From: Actinomycetota bacterium
GTDB lineage: Bacteria > Actinomycetota > Actinomycetes > S36-B12 > UBA5976
Assembly: GCA_947452755.1 (NCBI GenBank)
Contig: CANGDT010000003.1
Location: 37,074 to 101,073 of the forward strand
Direction: 5' to 3'
DNA length: 64,000 nucleotides
How positions within the stretch are numbered: position 1 is the first letter of the stretch; each line of letters begins with the position of its first letter. The translations under genes and the position numbers were made by a program. The notes below the pieces were generated by a model that had not been told where the DNA came from, ran no database searches, and worked only from the letters and a program-made list of their open reading frames with translations. Of this stretch, positions 50,698 to 60,393 are shown piece after piece.

Positions 50698-52338
50698 CTA
50701 TAGGTACGGCGAAGTGGTCACCGCTGCATCAATGGCCATGCCGGTGTCACTCGAAGTTTCGTGGTGGATCAACGTACGCATGAACACAATACGATCGCCC
50801 TTTTTGCCAGAAATGCGAGCCCAATCATCTGGATTGGTTGTGTTTGGCAGATCTTCATTCTCCCGGAATTCTTCCGCGCATGAATCAAGCAAATGATCGA
50901 GCGTGATTCCCGCTTGGCCGTCTGCCAACAGCGACTTAATGGCGTCTTTCTTTGCTCGCGAAACAATGTTTTCGATCATGGCACCTGAACTAAAGTCCTT
51001 AAAGTACAAAATCTCCTTATCGCCATTGGCGTAAGTCACTTCAAGGAATTCATTGTTTGAATCGGTTGCGTACATGTAATCAACGGTTGCATTAATCAAT
51101 GCCTCGACTGCCTTGTCCCGATCGCCACCGTGCTTTGCAATCTCATCGGCGTGGATTGGTATGTTGCGCGACAGATAAAGAGCGAAAATTTCGCGAGCTG
51201 CAGATGCGTCAGGGCGTTCAATCTTAATTTTCACATCAAGACGTCCAGGGCGCAGAATTGCTGGATCAATCATGTCTTCGCGGTTTGATGCACCGATCAC
51301 AATGACGTTCTCGAGCGACTCCACACCATCAATCTCGCTGAGTAGCTGAGGCACGATTGTGGTCTCGACATCGCTGCTAATTCCTGAACCACGCGTGCGG
51401 AACAGTGAATCCATCTCATCAAAGAACACGATGACTGGTGTGCCCTCACTTGCCTTCTCGCGAGCGCGTTGGAAAATCAGTCGAATTTGACGTTCAGTTT
51501 CGCCAACGAACTTGTTGAGAAGTTCAGGTCCCTTAATATTCAGGAAGTAACTGCGGCCCTCACCAACACCAGACTGCTCGGACACTTTTTTGGCAAGCGA
51601 GTTCGCAACCGCTTTTGCAATCAAGGTCTTACCGCATCCTGGAGGACCGTAAAGCAAGATTCCCTTTGGAGGCTTCAACTCGTACTGCGTGAACAAATCT
51701 GGATGCAGGAATGGCAATTCAACAGCATCCCGAATCAGATCGATTTGTTCCCCAAGCCCACCAATATCGCTGTAGCTGATGTCTGGAACTTCCTCAAGGA
51801 CCAAATCTTCAACTTCAGATTTGGCCACACGCTCGTAGACAAACCCAGCCTTCAAGTCGCACAGAAGACTGTCACCTTGACGAATTGCGGCGCCAATCAA
51901 ACTTTCAGCTAGACGAACGACTCGCTCTTCATCAGAACGCCCGATGACAAGGGCGCGGTCGCCACCTTCAAGTAGCTCAACAAATGTGACAAGTTCGCCT
52001 TGGCGTTCGTAGTTTCCGGCGACAACAACATTCATCGTGTCATTCAACACAACTTCTTGGCCAGGTCGCAGACTAGAGCGATCAATGTCCGGACTCGTCA
52101 TAACACGCATCTTGCGACCGTTGACACTGACGTCGACTGCATCATCACCAGCAAGGCCAACGAAGGTGCCGTAACCATTTGGCGGTGCACTCAGACGTTC
52201 GACTTCTTCTTGCAGGCCAACGAGTTGGTCGCGTGCCTCACGGAGTGTGGTGGCCAGTCGTTGGTTGGATTCAGAAAGCTCATCAACTTTTCGATTGAGT
52301 GCGCGCACTTCATCGGCACTGTCTTGAATCTCAGTCAC
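50698..52338 (-). CDS. arc: AAA ATPase forming ring-shaped complexes (ARC/Mpa)
   Basis: 546 aa. N-terminal coiled coil, tandem OB region, Walker A GPPGCGKT, Walker [11 protein letters not shown]. The C-terminus is ...TTSPYL. Confidence 0.9.
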   Translation of the reverse strand: MTEIQDSADEVRALNRKVDELSESNQRLATTLREARDQLVGLQEEVERLSAPPNGYGTFVGLAGDDAVDVSVNGRKMRVMTSPDIDRSSLRPGQEVVLNDTMNVVVAGNYERQGELVTFVELLEGGDRALVIGRSDEERVVRLAESLIGAAIRQGDSLLCDLKAGFVYERVAKSEVEDLVLEEVPDISYSDIGGLGEQIDLIRDAVELPFLHPDLFTQYELKPPKGILLYGPPGCGKTLIAKAVANSLAKKVSEQSGVGEGRSYFLNIKGPELLNKFVGETERQIRLIFQRAREKASEGTPVIVFFDEMDSLFRTRGSGISSDVETTIVPQLLSEIDGVESLENVIVIGASNREDMIDPAILRPGRLDVKIKIERPDASAAREIFALYLSRNIPIHADEIAKHGGDRDKAVEALINATVDYMYATDSNNEFLEVTYANGDKEILYFKDFSSGAMIENIVSRAKKDAIKSLLADGQAGITLDHLLDSCAEEFRENEDLPNTTNPDDWARISGKKGDRIVFMRTLIHHETSSDTGMAIDAAVTTSPYL

Positions 52339-52340
52339 GG

Positions 52341-53312
52341 CTACTCCTTTTCCGTATCTGACACTAGTTGGTCTGCGCTATCCCACAACTGCTCAGCGGC
52401 TCCAATGCCACTTGCATACTTGGGCTGTTCGCCGTCCACCAATGGTTGCGGGGTTTCATCTATGACACCCTTCGCAGGTCGAAGACGACGAACGGGAAGG
52501 ACTGTTCCCGGCGCGAGTCGACGAGCCAGCACAAGGAAACCTGTGTGCCCCTGCATGCGGTGATTCGGACGCACCGCAAGTCCTTCAACATGCCAAGGCC
52601 GCTGAATCAACTCTTGTGCTTGTGGGTCCGTCCATTGCTTATTCAGACGTAGATCTTCAACGACCCGGGACATCTGGGTCGTAGTAGCTACATAGACCAT
52701 CAGCACACCGCCTGGGCGAAGCACCCGAGCAACTGATTCGATGCACTCCCATGGCGCCAGCATGTCCAGCACAACACGGTCAACACTTGCCTCAGGGAGC
52801 GCGGAAACTTCTTCTTGCAAATCACCAAGTGTGACAGTCCAGTTTTCTGGCCGCCCACTAAAAAAGTTTGTGACATTCTTTTGAGCAACTTTGGCGAAGT
52901 CTTCACGTCGCTCATAGCTATAAAGATGACCAGTAGGACCAATCGCTCGAATAAGCGAACAGCTCAACGCACCGGAACCAACACCAGCCTCAACAACAAC
53001 GGCTCCGGGAAATACATCAGCGAACCCGATAATTGCAGCGGCGTCTTTGGGATAAATCACGGCCGCACCGCGAGGCATTGAGAGAACGAAATCTGTGAGA
53101 AGCGGTCGCAGAGCAAGGTAGACCATGTTGCCAGTTGACGTCACTACAGAACCCTCTGGAGCACCGATCAAGTCATCATGTTTGATGTGACCATGCGTGG
53201 TGTGAAATTCCCTACCTGGCTCCAAAACAATCGTGTGATGGCGTGCTTTGGTGTCGGTGATCTGGACGCGTTCGCCCACTTGGAATTCAACAGGGCGAGG
53301 CGTTGCGGTCAT
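52341..53312 (-). CDS. trmI: tRNA (adenine(58)-N(1))-methyltransferase TrmI
   Basis: 323 aa. GCD14/TrmI family with SAM motif [12 protein letters not shown] and [12 protein letters not shown]. Conserved neighbour of arc. Confidence 0.85.
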   Translation of the reverse strand: MTATPRPVEFQVGERVQITDTKARHHTIVLEPGREFHTTHGHIKHDDLIGAPEGSVVTSTGNMVYLALRPLLTDFVLSMPRGAAVIYPKDAAAIIGFADVFPGAVVVEAGVGSGALSCSLIRAIGPTGHLYSYERREDFAKVAQKNVTNFFSGRPENWTVTLGDLQEEVSALPEASVDRVVLDMLAPWECIESVARVLRPGGVLMVYVATTTQMSRVVEDLRLNKQWTDPQAQELIQRPWHVEGLAVRPNHRMQGHTGFLVLARRLAPGTVLPVRRLRPAKGVIDETPQPLVDGEQPKYASGIGAAEQLWDSADQLVSDTEKE

Positions 53313-53400
53313 TCCCCCATTCTCTCAGGAAACTACCTCCGCCGTTTACACCCCTAAAGATAGGATTAACGCAACAACGTAACGACAGAGGAAGCGCCAC

Positions 53401-54243
53401 TTGAGCTTGTCACCACAATTCCCAAAGGAATCCACCGTCATTATTGCGGCCTTTGGTGGGTGGAATGACGCCTCACAGTCAGCCACAGGTGCAGTTGACC
53501 ACTTGTTAGAGGTATGGGAGAACGAGGAAATCCTCGACCTACCTGGCGATGACTACTACGACTACGCTTTCAGCCGTCCTGAAGTAGAAACAAGTGTCAA
53601 TGGCGAGCGGATCATTACGTGGCCAGGCACAAACATCTATCGGGCAACCTGCGAGGCCTTGCCACACACATCGGTCTATCTCGTTGTCGGCGAAGAACCA
53701 AACATGCGTTGGCGCCAATTTTGCGACGTCATACTGAAGTCCATCATCACGACTGAGTCGACAGTGCTTATTGCGTTAGGCGCATTGCTCGCTGGCGTGG
53801 CGCACACACGGCCTGTTCCAGTCCTTGGTTCAACTCATGACGCTGCACTTCAAGAGATGACTGGCTTTGGTCCGTCACACTACGACGGTCCGACCGGAAT
53901 TGTCGGGGTCATGCAATCCGAATTCAGCACTGCAGGGATCCCGTCACTGTCACTCTGGGCTGAAGTACCTCACTACGCAGCACAGCCGCCTTGCCCTAAA
54001 GCCACATTGGCGATTTTGCGTCAGCTCGAAGATGTGTTGGATATTTCAATTCCGATGTTGACCCTCGAAGAGGACGCCCGCGCGTGGCAAGACGGCGCCG
54101 AAGCCATGTCGACTGATGACGAAGAAATCATCGAATACATTCGCAGCCTAGAAGAGAGTCAAGATACCGCTGAGTTGCCAGAAGCAAGCGGTGAAGCAAT
54201 CGCTCGCGAATTTGAACGATACCTGCGCCGGCGCGAACGCTAA
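53401..54243 (+). CDS. PAC2 (proteasome assembly chaperone 2-like) family protein
   Basis: 280 aa with a TTG start. AFGGWNDASQSAT...HYDGPTGIVGV...LWAEVPHY are typical of actinobacterial PAC2-family proteins. Confidence 0.75.
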   Translation: MSLSPQFPKESTVIIAAFGGWNDASQSATGAVDHLLEVWENEEILDLPGDDYYDYAFSRPEVETSVNGERIITWPGTNIYRATCEALPHTSVYLVVGEEPNMRWRQFCDVILKSIITTESTVLIALGALLAGVAHTRPVPVLGSTHDAALQEMTGFGPSHYDGPTGIVGVMQSEFSTAGIPSLSLWAEVPHYAAQPPCPKATLAILRQLEDVLDISIPMLTLEEDARAWQDGAEAMSTDDEEIIEYIRSLEESQDTAELPEASGEAIAREFERYLRRRER

Positions 54244-54247
54244 GTAG

Positions 54248-55876
54248 TTAGCGATTCTTGCGGTACCAGCGAATCGATTCTTGGGTAGCCGTGTCGAACC
54301 CGTCGAGCTCATCGTCGGAGGTCAAAAACGGTGCAATCGATGTCGCCATTTCTTTGCCGAGTTCCACACCCCATTGATCAAACGGGTTAATTCCCCAAAT
54401 AACACCTTGAACGAAAACCATGTGTTCGTAAAGTGCGACAAGTGCGCCAAGTGTAAACGGGTCAACGGTCTTGACTGCAATCACAGTTGTGGGACGGTTG
54501 CCTGGCATGGTTTTGTGTGCAACAAGTTCAGCGGGCACATTGTGCGCAACCAACTGTTCAACACTTCGACCGAAAGCTAGTACGTTTGCCTGCCCAAGCG
54601 CATTGCTGACCAGTACGTCGTGATGCGCACCAAGCTTGTTATGCGATTGTGCGACAACAAGTACGTCCGCCGCGATTGTCGATGTGCCTTGATGAAGTAA
54701 TTGATAGAAAGAATGCTGACCGTTGGTTCCTGGTTCGCCCCAGTACACGGCACCAGTATGAACACCGACGCTTTGGCCATCCTTAGTGACTGATTTTCCG
54801 TTGCTTTCCATGATCAGCTGTTGCAGGTAAGCCGGGAAACGCTTGAGGTACTGGTCATACGGAAGCACTGCAACCGTTTCAATGCCGAGCAAAGACCTAT
54901 TCCAGAGACCAACCAACCCCATCAATACAGGTAGGTTCTCCGCGAGTGGCGCAGACTTGAAATGTTCGTCCATTGCATGGAACCCGTCCAACAACATTCT
55001 GAAGGCATCAGATCCGATTGCGAACATAGTCGACAAGCCAATGGCTGAGTCCATCGAATATCTTCCGCCGACCCAATCCCAAAAACCGAACATGTTGTTT
55101 GTGTCGATTCCAAAGTCACTCACTCGCTGCGCATTTGTCGACACAGCCACAAAGTGCTTGGCCACTGCACCAGCATCAGGAGAAGGCAAACTTGCCAACA
55201 ACGCATCGCGTGCCGATTGAGCGTTCATCATTGTCTCTTGGGTACTAAAAGTTTTGCTCGCCACGATAAAAAGGGTTTCCAATGGGTCGATAGCTTTTAG
55301 AACTTCGGCAATGTCAGTTCCGTCGACGTTGCTTACAAAGTGGAAATTCAAATCATGAGTTGCGTAGTGACGCAATGCTTCATAAGCCATTACAGGACCT
55401 AGATCCGAACCGCCGATGCCAATATTCACGATTGTGCGAATTGGCGCGCCAGTGGCACCTGTCCAGGCTCCCGAACGTACGGATGTTACAAGTTCGGCCA
55501 TGCGATCAAGAACTTCGTGGATGTCGGGCACGACATCATGTCCATCAACTTCAAGGGTGGCATGTCGCGGCAGACGAAGAGCCGCGTGCAACACAGCGCG
55601 GTTCTCAGTGTTGTTGATATGTTCACCAGCAAACATCGCGTCTCTGGCTTCAGCAAGCCCGCGCTCGTTCGCCAGGTCGTATAGAGCCTCGACCACAGTT
55701 GAGGTAATCCGTTGGCGGCTGAGATCTAGGCGGATTCCCACAGCTTCACATGTAAAGGCGGCAGGGCGGTGTGCATCGACGTTAAACAAATCTCGGATGT
55801 GTTGCGCGCCAATCGTTTGGGCCAGCAATTCAAGACGCGACCACGCTTTTGTTGCGGTCAATGCTGTGGCGTTCAT
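54248..55876 (-). CDS. pgi: glucose-6-phosphate isomerase
   Basis: 542 aa. IGIGGSDLGP, SKTFSTQET, GGRYS, and the EPGTNGQHSFYQLLHQG signature. Confidence 0.95.
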   Translation of the reverse strand: MNATALTATKAWSRLELLAQTIGAQHIRDLFNVDAHRPAAFTCEAVGIRLDLSRQRITSTVVEALYDLANERGLAEARDAMFAGEHINNTENRAVLHAALRLPRHATLEVDGHDVVPDIHEVLDRMAELVTSVRSGAWTGATGAPIRTIVNIGIGGSDLGPVMAYEALRHYATHDLNFHFVSNVDGTDIAEVLKAIDPLETLFIVASKTFSTQETMMNAQSARDALLASLPSPDAGAVAKHFVAVSTNAQRVSDFGIDTNNMFGFWDWVGGRYSMDSAIGLSTMFAIGSDAFRMLLDGFHAMDEHFKSAPLAENLPVLMGLVGLWNRSLLGIETVAVLPYDQYLKRFPAYLQQLIMESNGKSVTKDGQSVGVHTGAVYWGEPGTNGQHSFYQLLHQGTSTIAADVLVVAQSHNKLGAHHDVLVSNALGQANVLAFGRSVEQLVAHNVPAELVAHKTMPGNRPTTVIAVKTVDPFTLGALVALYEHMVFVQGVIWGINPFDQWGVELGKEMATSIAPFLTSDDELDGFDTATQESIRWYRKNR

Positions 55877-55935
55877 GCTCGCTCTCCCCTGCTCGGATAA
55901 CCTAAAGCCTAGACGTATACGACTTTGGAGACTTC

Positions 55936-56982
55936 ATGAGTGCAACAACACCAATCACAACAATTGGAATGATTGGCCTTGGTCGCATGGGTGCCAACCT
56001 TGTGCGACGCATTTCGCGCAGTGGGCTTAATTGCGTGGTTTATGACGTCAATCCTGATGTAGCTGCGGCGCTAGCAAGTGAAGACCCAGATCACATCACT
56101 ACCGCCGAATCTATAGCGGACTTTGCCGGCAAACTGTCTGGCCCACGCGCCGTCTGGGTCATGGTTCCTGCAGGCCAGATCACCGAAGATGTCGTAGCGG
56201 AACTGATGAATACACTTTCGGCCAACGACATCATCATTGATGGTGGCAACTCTTACTACCGCGACGATCTCTCACATAGCGCGATCGCCAACGAAAAGGG
56301 CATTCACTTTGTCGATGTCGGCACCAGCGGTGGTGTGTGGGGCCTAGAACGTGGCTACTGCCTCATGATTGGTGGATCTGATTTTGCCGTCCAGTCTTTG
56401 ACCTCAGTCTGGGACGCAGTCTCGCCCGGCTTTGAAACCGCAGAGCGCACACCGGGTCGAACTGGCGCACTATCAACTGAGGAGCGTGGATGGCTTCACT
56501 GCGGTCCTTCAGGTGCTGGACATTTCGTCAAGATGATTCATAACGGCATTGAATACGGACTGATGGCCGCCTACGCAGAGGGCCTCAACATTTTGAAGTC
56601 AGCAAACGAGGGAATCAAGCCACGCACAGCGGATGCAGAAACAGCGCCACTTGCTCATCCCGAGCACTACCAGTACGAATTCGACGTTGCCGCAATCACC
56701 GAGTTGTGGCGTCGCGGAAGCGTTGTGTCGTCGTGGCTCTTGGACCTGACTGCCATTGCGTTGAACGAATCACCTGAACTTGATGAATTTTCAGGGCGCG
56801 TTTCAGATTCAGGCGAAGGACGCTGGACCGCCATCGCTGCTGTCGAAGAAGGCGTTCCCGCACCAGTGCTCACAGCGGCTGTCTTTTCGCGCTTCGAATC
56901 ACGCAACGCCTCACTCTTTGGAAACAAAGTTCTCTCTGCCATGCGTAAGCAATTCGGCGGTCACCATGAAAAGAAAGACTAA
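55936..56982 (+). CDS. gnd: 6-phosphogluconate dehydrogenase (decarboxylating), short Gnd2-like form
   Basis: 348 aa. NAD(P) fold IGMIGLGRMGANL, IDGGNSYY, GVSGG-like TSGGVWG, HFVKMIHNGIEYG. Confidence 0.85.
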   Translation: MSATTPITTIGMIGLGRMGANLVRRISRSGLNCVVYDVNPDVAAALASEDPDHITTAESIADFAGKLSGPRAVWVMVPAGQITEDVVAELMNTLSANDIIIDGGNSYYRDDLSHSAIANEKGIHFVDVGTSGGVWGLERGYCLMIGGSDFAVQSLTSVWDAVSPGFETAERTPGRTGALSTEERGWLHCGPSGAGHFVKMIHNGIEYGLMAAYAEGLNILKSANEGIKPRTADAETAPLAHPEHYQYEFDVAAITELWRRGSVVSSWLLDLTAIALNESPELDEFSGRVSDSGEGRWTAIAAVEEGVPAPVLTAAVFSRFESRNASLFGNKVLSAMRKQFGGHHEKKD

Positions 56983-57041
56983 ACGCCACTCCACCGTGAC
57001 TTTCAGGCGCCAATAAACACAGACTGACTTAGACTGACCAT

Positions 57042-58256
57042 ATGCATGCATGGCCGAACGTTGATGTTCCCCACCTGTCCCTTCTGGCACCAGCACCGGC
57101 AATTTTTGATTCTGCATCTCAAGCTTTGGTGACCTTGCCAACTGGAAAACGAACCAGTATCTACGTGTGCGGCATTACGCCGTACGACGCAACACACATG
57201 GGTCACGCCGCAACATACGTCGCCTTCGACACTCTGATCCGTTTATGGCGTGCATCTGGCGCAGATGTTGATTATGCCCAAAACATCACCGATGTTGATG
57301 ACCCACTGATCGAACGAGCCCTTGCAACTGGCAAGGACTGGCAAGACATTGCTATTGAACAGACCGAACTGTTCCGCACAGATATGACAGCGTTGCGTGT
57401 TGTTCCGCCCGCGCACTACATCGGCGCCGTGGAATCAATTCCACTAGTTATCGAACGCATTCAACAACTGCAGCAGGCCGATGCCGTGTATTCCCTTGAC
57501 ACCGATTTGTATTACCCAGTCACCAAGGCATCGACTGTGGGTCAGATTGCACACCTCTCCCAGTCTGAAATGGAAACAGTCTTCGCACAGCGCGGTGGTG
57601 ACCCGAACCGTCCAGGCAAACACGAGCCACTCGACGCATTGCTCTGGCGTGGCCAACAGCCCAATGACCCATGGTGGGAGTCACCATTTGGAAACGGTCG
57701 CCCCGGCTGGCATATCGAATGCGCCGCAATTGCGTTGGAATATTTGGGTCCGCAAATCGACGTGCAAGGCGGTGGCAGCGACCTCAAGTTCCCCCACCAC
57801 GAAATGAGTGCGGCCCACGCTGAATCAGCGACCGGTCAGTCACCATTTGCTGGGGCTTACATGCATACCGGCATGGTTGCCCTAGACGGCGAGAAAATGA
57901 GTAAGTCACTTGGGAATTTGGTGTTCGTGTCAAAGCTGCGGGCTCAAGGCGTCGACCCAATGGCAATCAGGCTGACAATCTTGACGCATCACTACCGTCA
58001 AGACTGGGAATGGTTTGACAGCGCATTGGCAGACAATGTTGAGCGTCTCACAATCTGGCGCACAGCTTTTCAATCTCATCATCCAGCGCCAGACATTTCT
58101 GAGCACATTATTTCTGCACTAGCCAACGACCTCGACACACCAACAGCGATTGCTTTGGTTGATGCTTGGGCGACATCAACACTGTCGCAAACTCACCCCG
58201 AGTCACACAACCATGACGTCGCACAGACTGTTGATGCGCTCCTTGGTGTCATCTAA
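57042..58256 (+). CDS. mshC: cysteine--1-D-myo-inosityl 2-amino-2-deoxy-alpha-D-glucopyranoside ligase (mycothiol ligase)
   Basis: 404 aa CysRS paralogue. YVCGITPYDATHMGHAATY (HIGH-like), PGWHIECAA, KMSKSLGN. It has no anticodon-binding extension. Confidence 0.9.
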   Translation: MHAWPNVDVPHLSLLAPAPAIFDSASQALVTLPTGKRTSIYVCGITPYDATHMGHAATYVAFDTLIRLWRASGADVDYAQNITDVDDPLIERALATGKDWQDIAIEQTELFRTDMTALRVVPPAHYIGAVESIPLVIERIQQLQQADAVYSLDTDLYYPVTKASTVGQIAHLSQSEMETVFAQRGGDPNRPGKHEPLDALLWRGQQPNDPWWESPFGNGRPGWHIECAAIALEYLGPQIDVQGGGSDLKFPHHEMSAAHAESATGQSPFAGAYMHTGMVALDGEKMSKSLGNLVFVSKLRAQGVDPMAIRLTILTHHYRQDWEWFDSALADNVERLTIWRTAFQSHHPAPDISEHIISALANDLDTPTAIALVDAWATSTLSQTHPESHNHDVAQTVDALLGVI

Positions 58257-58265
58257 TTGCACGCA

Positions 58266-59000
58266 ATGGACACACTCGAAGGCAATATTCTCGGCAGGAT
58301 GGTCAACGCCTCAAACTCGACCCTCGTCGTCGAGTCGCAAGGCCAACAGTTCGTTTACAAACCCATCTCGGGTGAAAAGCCACTGTGGGACTTTCCCGAA
58401 GGAACTTTGGCGCTGCGCGAACGAGCCGCATTCGTAATGAGCGAACTACTTGGCTGGGGACTCGTGCCCGAAACTCGTCTCATGAACGGGCCGCTCGGAG
58501 TTGGCAGCGTACAAACCTGGGTTGAAGCCGACACCACCACAATCGAGGTCACCGAACCGAACAAAATTCCGGACGGCTGGATGCGCATCATGTCAGGAGT
58601 CGACGAAACCGGTCACGAGGTCACACTGTCCCACGCCAACGACAAAGCCCTGTCACAACTCGCAGTGTTCGACGCCGTCATCAATAACGCCGACCGTAAA
58701 GGCGGACACATCCTGACCGATGACAACGGCCGCCATTACGCCATTGATCACGGTGTCGCATTCCACCACGAAACAAAACTGCGCACAGTCCTATGGGGAT
58801 GGATAGACGAAGAAATAGAACCCGAATGGATAGCCGACATTCAACGCGTCCGCCAACAACTCGCAGACACTGAACTAACCGAACTCCTCGCACCAATCGA
58901 ACTCGATGCCCTTGCCGAACGCATGGATGCACTCATCGCCGAACCGACATTCCCCGAACCAAACGCACACTGGCCCGCAGTCCCCTGGCCAGTTTTCTAG
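58266..59000 (+). CDS. SCO1664-family protein (PI3/4-kinase-like fold, function unknown)
   Basis: VFDAVINNADRKGGHIL...YAIDHGVAF resembles the catalytic and activation loops of PI3/4-kinase-like enzymes. The start is ATG at 58266 or TTG at 58257. Confidence 0.75.
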   Translation: MDTLEGNILGRMVNASNSTLVVESQGQQFVYKPISGEKPLWDFPEGTLALRERAAFVMSELLGWGLVPETRLMNGPLGVGSVQTWVEADTTTIEVTEPNKIPDGWMRIMSGVDETGHEVTLSHANDKALSQLAVFDAVINNADRKGGHILTDDNGRHYAIDHGVAFHHETKLRTVLWGWIDEEIEPEWIADIQRVRQQLADTELTELLAPIELDALAERMDALIAEPTFPEPNAHWPAVPWPVF

Positions 59001-59019
59001 CCACGCCAAAAGAAATACA

Positions 59020-59122
59020 TTTCACAGACTCGGCTTAGCCTCGTCAAACGATATTTATTTCGCAGACTCGGCTTAGCCTCGTCAAACGATATTTATTTCG
59101 CAGACTCGGCTTAGCCTCGTCT
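59020..59122. repeat. tandem repeat, 38-bp unit x about 2.7, copying the stop-codon region of the DUF3090 gene
   Basis: CAGACTCGGCTTAGCCTCGTC occurs at 59026, 59064 and 59102 with an exact 38-bp period. Copies 2 and 3 are identical over the shared part. Copy 1 has 1 mismatch (A for G at 59025) and degenerates on the 5' side. Confidence 0.95.
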
Positions 59123-59662
59123 GCGGTACCCATTCGCTCTCGGACAAATATGCCCGCGCGCATCCAGTGGCTGATCACACAAAGGACACGGTGGCCGACC
59201 CGCCGAAATGACAGCAACTGCGCGTTGCACAAACCCACGCGCATACGCCCCAGTAATCCTCACGCGAATTGCATCGGGACCCTCATCGGAATCCTCTTCC
59301 AAATCTGGAACATCCTCAAACATCTCAGTCATAGCGTGGGCTTCAATCACAACGCGTTGATTGACACTATTCCAGCCAAGTGCCAAGGTACCGACACGAA
59401 ATTCCTCTTGAATTGGATTATCCAGCGGGTCAAGATCGGCAGGACCCCAATGTTCTGTGTCCACACCCTCAGCGACAGCAACCTGATCAAGTAATTCACC
59501 CATCCGGTCAGCCAACAAGTTGACTTGCTCTTTCTCAAGCGAGACACTCACCAGGCGATTCCCTGAACGTGCCTGCAAAAAGAATGTACGTTCGCCGGGG
59601 ACGCCAACAGTGCCTGCCACAAAACGGTCAGGGTTGTCGAAGACGTGAACGTAACGAGCCAC
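59111..59662 (-). CDS. DUF3090 domain-containing protein
   Basis: 183 aa. FVAGTVGVPGERTFFLQA... plus a C-terminal Cys motif (CPLCDQPLDARGHICPRANGY). Confidence 0.8.
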   Translation of the reverse strand: MARYVHVFDNPDRFVAGTVGVPGERTFFLQARSGNRLVSVSLEKEQVNLLADRMGELLDQVAVAEGVDTEHWGPADLDPLDNPIQEEFRVGTLALGWNSVNQRVVIEAHAMTEMFEDVPDLEEDSDEGPDAIRVRITGAYARGFVQRAVAVISAGRPPCPLCDQPLDARGHICPRANGYRRRG

Positions 59663-60360
59663 TACGTGTTATCTCCTGTCTGAGCTGTCCCTGCCACTTC
59701 GCCACCGAGAGTTGGCGCGATGTGTGCACGTTCTCCGAGAGCAGTTAACCAACTCTCACCCGTGTCGTTCAATTTCACCACAGACGAACCATGTTCGCCA
59801 TAACTGATGACACAAATAGATGCAGGTTCAACCATGAGTCGCTGAAATTTCGCTAAGGGCATACCGAGTGCATCTGCACAGATTGCTTTGATTACATCAC
59901 CGTGACTGACCGCAGCCCAAATTACTTTGTCCCCATGCTCAGACGTCAATCGCGCATCCCATTCGCGAATCGAAGCGACAGCACGTTTAGACATGTCCGA
60001 CATCGCTTCACCGTTTGGAAAAATCATTTCGTCGGGTCGTTGTTGCACCACTGGCCACATTTCATGTGTCGCTAACTCGACGAGCGGCTTGCCCTGCCAG
60101 TCTCCGTAATCACATTCAATTAAACGAACATCTTGGGTGACAGGAATCGCATCTGTAAATGCCAGCGTGGCTGTTTCGACTGTTCTTTCGAGCGGACTTG
60201 TAACGACGTGAGCAATGGGCACACTTGCAAGTCGTTCGCGCAGCGCTCCAGCACTCGCCCGACCCACTTCATCTAGCACAACGCCCGGGGCGCGACCTGC
60301 GAGAATCCCCTGCGCATTGGCGTCAGTCCGACCATGACGCATCAACAGCAACATTCCCAC
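59662..60360 (-). CDS. histidine phosphatase family protein (MSMEG_4193-type putative phosphomutase/phosphatase)
   Basis: 232 aa. LLLMRHGRTDAN (RHG catalytic motif), SPLERTVETA, VSHGDVIK. Overlaps the DUF3090 start by 1 nt. Confidence 0.8.
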   Translation of the reverse strand: MGMLLLMRHGRTDANAQGILAGRAPGVVLDEVGRASAGALRERLASVPIAHVVTSPLERTVETATLAFTDAIPVTQDVRLIECDYGDWQGKPLVELATHEMWPVVQQRPDEMIFPNGEAMSDMSKRAVASIREWDARLTSEHGDKVIWAAVSHGDVIKAICADALGMPLAKFQRLMVEPASICVISYGEHGSSVVKLNDTGESWLTALGERAHIAPTLGGEVAGTAQTGDNT

Positions 60361-60393
60361 ATAACCACACTAATGCGTGGCACAGTAGTTCTT

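Noticed and set aside
54238-54253. The palindrome CGCTAA-GTAG-TTAGCG, which contains the stop codons of both convergent genes (PAC2 and pgi), considered as a bidirectional terminator.
   Set aside because: The stem is only 6 bp with a 4-nt loop and no U-tracts. It is largely forced by two facing TAA stops 4 nt apart.
57021-57038. The direct repeat AGACTGAC-TT-AGACTGAC immediately upstream of the mshC ATG, considered as a regulator site.
   Set aside because: An 8-bp duplication is too short to distinguish from chance. It has no partner elsewhere in the window and no supporting promoter elements.
59020-59122. Whether the 38-bp repeat, and the 31-bp repeat at 62588-62665, could be a mini CRISPR array.
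   Set aside because: The units are directly tandem with no unique spacers. There are only 2-3 copies, no cas genes are present, and each unit is simply a copy of the adjacent gene end.
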